A stretch of DNA of 64,000 bases from a virus: positions 99,924-163,923 of the IMG/VR virus record IMGVR_UViG_3300019487_000019. The stretch is one strand, 5' to 3'. The notes under the pieces are model-generated. The model had not been told where the DNA came from, made no database searches, and worked only from the letters and a program-made list of their open reading frames with translations. Numbering within the stretch: the stretch's first letter is position 1; every line of letters starts with the position of its first letter. A program made the translations under genes and the position numbers. Below, piece after piece: positions 60,644 through 64,000 of the stretch.

Positions 60644-60774
60644 TGGCGGGGTGTCTTACTTGCGGGCGTCGGTCCAAAGCAACTCAACGTCGATCATTAC
60701 CAATGAGACGAGCCTCTACGCCCATTGGTAATCGTTTGTCGCGGCGCGGAACTCTTCTGAAACGAAAACGTTAG
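60643..60774 (+). CDS. Putative 43-aa Arg-rich peptide with CxxC
   Basis: TAATG overlap with the upstream gene. Translates to MAGCLTCGRRSKATQRRSLPMRRASTPIGNRLSRRGTLLKRKR*. Confidence 0.35.
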   Translation: MAGCLTCGRRSKATQRRSLPMRRASTPIGNRLSRRGTLLKRKR

Positions 60775-61192
60775 GGAGTAAAGCACGCACGTCTCGATCG
60801 CGGATGCTGACGAATGTAGCATAATGTACGGGATTACCTGTGCTCTTTTCGATAAAATGCCCCGCTCTGTACGGATTATAACTGATCGGAATTCCAAAGT
60901 CGTGAACCGCGTCCCATGACTTTGCAATATTACTGGCAGTATATCCCGCTAACAAAGTTTTTTCGTCGACGAGGCGCGTCACGTATCCTCGAACGTCGAG
61001 AACCTCACCAACGATTCCGGCATGAACGTTTTTTCGTTTGTGGGCTAGAATACGTTGGCGACCAGCTTCACTGACGCGAAAGTCAGGAGCGGCGATGAGT
61101 ATGGATGTGGCGTAGCCAACAACCAATCCTTTGTTCCGGAGCGAATACGTCCAGCCTTTTCGGTTAAGATTACGGTAGATAAACGGTCTCAT
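60716..61192 (-). CDS. Phage hypothetical protein
   Basis: Start ATG 61192 (ATGA overlap). YRNL, F.VS.AGR.R.....KNVHA...G and YNPY..G.F pattern. Confidence 0.7.
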   Translation of the reverse strand: MRPFIYRNLNRKGWTYSLRNKGLVVGYATSILIAAPDFRVSEAGRQRILAHKRKNVHAGIVGEVLDVRGYVTRLVDEKTLLAGYTASNIAKSWDAVHDFGIPISYNPYRAGHFIEKSTGNPVHYATFVSIRDRDVRALLPNVFVSEEFRAATNDYQWA

Positions 61193-61377
61193 TGATTGGG
61201 CTCGTGAACAGCATCGACCCATCCACGGCCAGTATACATGAACATCTGTCCGAGGCCGGTGTGGAAGAACGTTGAGCCAATTGGTATGTCTAGCCACACA
61301 CGAACACCATTCGATAGGTCGCGAAATTGTTTTGGGACTTCTTCACCCGTAATGTGATGTGCACTAAAGTTGAACAT
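61189..61377 (-). CDS. Small hypothetical protein with one Trp-repeat-like unit
   Basis: ATG 61377 (MFNFSAHH...), 62 aa. GSTFFHTGLGQMFMYTGRGWV resembles the neck-protein repeat. Its stop is coupled to the next gene. Confidence 0.5.
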   Translation of the reverse strand: MFNFSAHHITGEEVPKQFRDLSNGVRVWLDIPIGSTFFHTGLGQMFMYTGRGWVDAVHEPNQ

Positions 61378-61516
61378 TGGGAATGTACGGACAATAGAAA
61401 TAGCCAGTGTCGTGGGCTCCGCCAAGCATGAAGACAAGAACACCGTTTTCCAACCACACAAAGTCTCCGGTGCCTTTGTAGCCAACGAGAATATTCTCTT
61501 CTTTGTTTGTTGTCAT
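61364..61516 (-). CDS. 50-aa peptide containing two blocks identical to the major capsid protein
   Basis: MTTNKEENILVGYKGTGDFVWLENGVLVFMLGGAHDTGYFYCPYIPNVQL*. ATGA overlap with the RNase H stop. Confidence 0.75.
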   Translation of the reverse strand: MTTNKEENILVGYKGTGDFVWLENGVLVFMLGGAHDTGYFYCPYIPNVQL

Positions 61517-62424
61517 TTGCTTAGTAGGGGAACAAATTGATCAATTTGCTTTGCAATATTGTCCAACTTGTATTTACCCAAGAACTTCAACAGATGGAAA
61601 TGTGAATACTTTCGCTCCAATGCCTCTGCTTCCACAACAGTCTTTTCGATTTTGACGCGAATTGGGTCGGGTTGCTGGGCCAAGTCCATAAGGAGAATGT
61701 TCTCTTCGTACAGATCTTCAACCATGAATTCAGTCTTGGTTTTGGGGTCAGTCCACAATTCCTTCATCATTTGAACCCGTTCAAATGGATCTGTGTAGGC
61801 TTTCTCGATTCGTTTTGCACCAACACGTGGAAGTGCAGATTGAATGTTGTCAGTCTGATGATCGCCACGAACACAATTAAAGAATACGAAGTAATCAGCA
61901 TCGTTGTTGTATTCTGCCAACGTAAGCGGCTTGTCTGTTGCGGGGGAAATGATTGTTAGCTGTGGGTGGCGCAAAAGCTGCAAGAAATCCTGGTCGCTAC
62001 TGATCAGTACGATTTGATCTTGTGGATGCAGTTGTACAAAACCAGCGATCACGTCGTCTGCTTCGAGTAAATCTGCTGCAAGCGTAATGATTGTTGAGTA
62101 GTTTGTAATCAATGTCTCAAAGTCTTTAAGATGTCCACAGAAGCGTTCGTACTTTGCTTGTTGACCCGGCGACATATCTTTGCGGCGATTGCCTTTGTAT
62201 GGTCGCTTTGAGATGCAGAGATCGCTAGCTGTATAACTCTTACGCCAGCTTGACCGATCAAACGCCATAACGACTCGATCAGGCTTATGCTGTCGAAAGT
62301 ATTTGTTCAGCGTCATCAGTGCAGAGTGCATTGCGAGGCCTGCGATCGTATCATCACTCTCGTCCTTGTGAGCAAAGAACGTGCGGTACAGCATATTGGA
62401 GATATCAAAAACTAGATATTTCAT
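61513..62424 (-). CDS. rnh: RNase H / 5'-3' exonuclease (T4 Rnh-like)
   Basis: LVFD, FD..SWRK, YKGNR, EADD.I, SSD.DF.QL, GD..DNI motifs of the FEN/5' nuclease family. Confidence 0.92.
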   Translation of the reverse strand: MKYLVFDISNMLYRTFFAHKDESDDTIAGLAMHSALMTLNKYFRQHKPDRVVMAFDRSSWRKSYTASDLCISKRPYKGNRRKDMSPGQQAKYERFCGHLKDFETLITNYSTIITLAADLLEADDVIAGFVQLHPQDQIVLISSDQDFLQLLRHPQLTIISPATDKPLTLAEYNNDADYFVFFNCVRGDHQTDNIQSALPRVGAKRIEKAYTDPFERVQMMKELWTDPKTKTEFMVEDLYEENILLMDLAQQPDPIRVKIEKTVVEAEALERKYSHFHLLKFLGKYKLDNIAKQIDQFVPLLSK

Positions 62425-62873
62425 TCGAAATCCGCAATCTTGCCCTTTTGAGATGCGTGTTCAACGACATTCTCCTCGAGTTTTTCCAGAAGGTCTTCGT
62501 ATAGAAATGCGACATACTTCCGAACGATGTCTTCGTCGTTGGCACCTTTCAGTCCATTGTCCTTCAAGTATTGGATGAAGGCCTCATTCCAGTCTAGGCC
62601 GATTGCGATTCCTTTGACTTCATCAAATCCTTCGCTCGTAATCTTAATCCAGGGATCGGTTGCATCGTACTTGGCTTGTTCTTCGATTTCTTTCTTTTCA
62701 AATCCTTCAACCTTTGTACGGAGTTGTGCGTTGTCGTGTCGAAGGATTGCATTTGCCTCTTCCATTCTAATTAGACGATTGGCAAGCTCATCAAAACGAG
62801 TATTGAGACGCTCTTCAAGAGTAGGTCCTTCCGGTGGTCGTTGTGTTGCTTGTAAAAAACTAAACATTCCCAT
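62421..62873 (-). CDS. Hypothetical protein (coiled coil + LDWN..FI..L...G motif)
   Basis: 150-aa ORF coupled to RNase H. Confidence 0.7.
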   Translation of the reverse strand: MGMFSFLQATQRPPEGPTLEERLNTRFDELANRLIRMEEANAILRHDNAQLRTKVEGFEKKEIEEQAKYDATDPWIKITSEGFDEVKGIAIGLDWNEAFIQYLKDNGLKGANDEDIVRKYVAFLYEDLLEKLEENVVEHASQKGKIADFE

Positions 62874-62875
62874 TG

Positions 62876-63586
62876 TTATGTCCTCGGTGGTATGTACAAA
62901 TCCAGCTTGTTTACAACGACTTTAATCATGCCTTTTGATGTTAAGAAGAAGTCGCCGTCAGGGCACTGTTTGAATAGTGTCAACAGGTGTTTGACAGGAT
63001 ATCTATGGGCAAACTTCGACGGCATTCCAGTCGCACCCTCGAGTGTGTAGGAACTGGCGAATGTGTGGACGAATGTATCTTTGTTAATGTCTTCCATTTT
63101 AAACGACACCCCATCAACTGGGTCACCCACAAACTCGATCTCATCCGCTTTCATTGCGGAAGCACCCTTGGACATTAGGAGAACAGCTTCGGGTGTCAGT
63201 GTGATACGATATTTCACAGTGTCATTCAGTGTTTTAGGAGCTGCAATCGTAGCAGGATTTGCACAACGATAATCAATCTTTACACCCTTACCTTTCATCG
63301 TTAATGCTCGTGCAAATTCTTTTGCGTCGTCCAGAGTCGCTTCAATTTCAACATTGTCGCAACTCTTTGCGATCTGGTAGCGCGACATGAAAATGTCGAT
63401 TCGATTGAGACCAATCGAGCGAAAGGGAAGAACTGGAACGTCGTGGTCTTGGAAGATTACAACGAGGCGATCATCGTCAACTGCTCGAATTTTGTCCGGT
63501 TCGATGATGACGCTATCGATATGAACGAGAAGGGCCGTCTCAACAACGTTTTGAATATATGCGAGGGTAAATGGGTCGAGTTTCAT
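62876..63586 (-). CDS. Putative DNA sliding clamp (gp45-like)
   Basis: 236 aa with a two-domain alternating beta/alpha pattern and a terminal Y.IP. Replication-gene neighbourhood. Confidence 0.55.
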   Translation of the reverse strand: MKLDPFTLAYIQNVVETALLVHIDSVIIEPDKIRAVDDDRLVVIFQDHDVPVLPFRSIGLNRIDIFMSRYQIAKSCDNVEIEATLDDAKEFARALTMKGKGVKIDYRCANPATIAAPKTLNDTVKYRITLTPEAVLLMSKGASAMKADEIEFVGDPVDGVSFKMEDINKDTFVHTFASSYTLEGATGMPSKFAHRYPVKHLLTLFKQCPDGDFFLTSKGMIKVVVNKLDLYIPPRT

Positions 63587-63600
63587 TTGTTATCCTTGTT

Positions 63601-63999
63601 CTACTCACCATTTTCCTCCTTTTCGCTGTCTGCGTCAAGAAGTGCAACAAGATCGTCAACAGACGTTGGTGTAGTGCGCGGTGAGCCATCCTTCTCCAGC
63701 TCGAAGACTTCTGCTTCGCCTGAAAGATTCAACCATACAGCAACAATGTGTCGATGGCAAAACTTTCCTGGACCTTCATAACATAGCAGGATCGAACCCT
63801 CGGGAAGAGCATCAACGACAGCGCCCGGGGTTAGATGACGTTGTTTTAATTCTTTCCCGTAACGGCGAGTGTATTCCTGCGCATTGATTGTGCCACCTTT
63901 GATATCACGAAGTAACTCCCACGACGGAGCCAAAGAACGCATTCGTTTTCCCTTATAGAAGAACGGTTCTTTTGCACTAATTGATACAGCTTCTGGTCG
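63601..63999 (-). CDS. DUF488-like protein (5' end outside window)
   Basis: Frame open to the window edge (RPEAVSISAKEPFFYKGKRMRSLAPSWELL...). LLCYE....FCHRH..A motif. Confidence 0.75.
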   Translation of the reverse strand, partial: RPEAVSISAKEPFFYKGKRMRSLAPSWELLRDIKGGTINAQEYTRRYGKELKQRHLTPGAVVDALPEGSILLCYEGPGKFCHRHIVAVWLNLSGEAEVFELEKDGSPRTTPTSVDDLVALLDADSEKEENGE

Positions 64000-64000
64000 T

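Noticed and set aside
61378-61485. N-terminal part of the track's 98-aa ORF (TTG start at 61485)
   Set aside because: The overlapping frame starting at ATG 61516 is coupled to RNase H and carries the capsid-identical blocks, so it is the better-supported reading.
1-64000. Alternative genetic code (stop-codon reassignment), CRISPR array, tRNA genes
   Set aside because: Long genes are intact in the standard code and TAA, TAG and TGA are all used as stops. I recognised no repeat-spacer pattern or cloverleaf by eye; a tRNAscan or CRISPR scan would be needed to exclude them formally.

Overview
64 kb segment of a large T4-superfamily (jumbo-type) myophage genome in the standard genetic code, covering most of the virion morphogenesis module. 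The minus strand (~0.3-26.7 kb) carries tail tube, sheath, tail completion and neck proteins, a cluster of small accessory ORFs, major capsid protein, scaffold, prohead protease, an intein-containing portal and a tape-measure-like gene. A divergent gp26/gp51-like pair follows, joined by a likely -1 slippery site. Next, on the minus strand, are a RuvC-type resolvase, gp46, NADAR, gp47 and a gp55-like late sigma factor that also carries an intein. The plus strand (34.6-58.7 kb) is the baseplate module, with a hub fused to an M15 peptidase, gp5, gp25, gp6 and a 3684-aa wedge-like protein. The window ends with PAAR, a holin-like membrane protein, RNase H, a sliding-clamp-like gene and a DUF488-like gene. 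About 20 TAAATA late-promoter motifs sit just upstream of structural genes, and there are several free-standing homing-endonuclease-like genes. The most striking item is a 50-aa ORF (61364-61516, below the ORF-track cutoff). It reproduces two blocks of the phage's own major capsid protein with 18/18 amino-acid identity but 12 synonymous codon changes, which makes it a candidate capsid-mimic or decoy peptide. I recognised no tRNA, rRNA or CRISPR array. All family assignments come from motif recognition and synteny, not from database searches.
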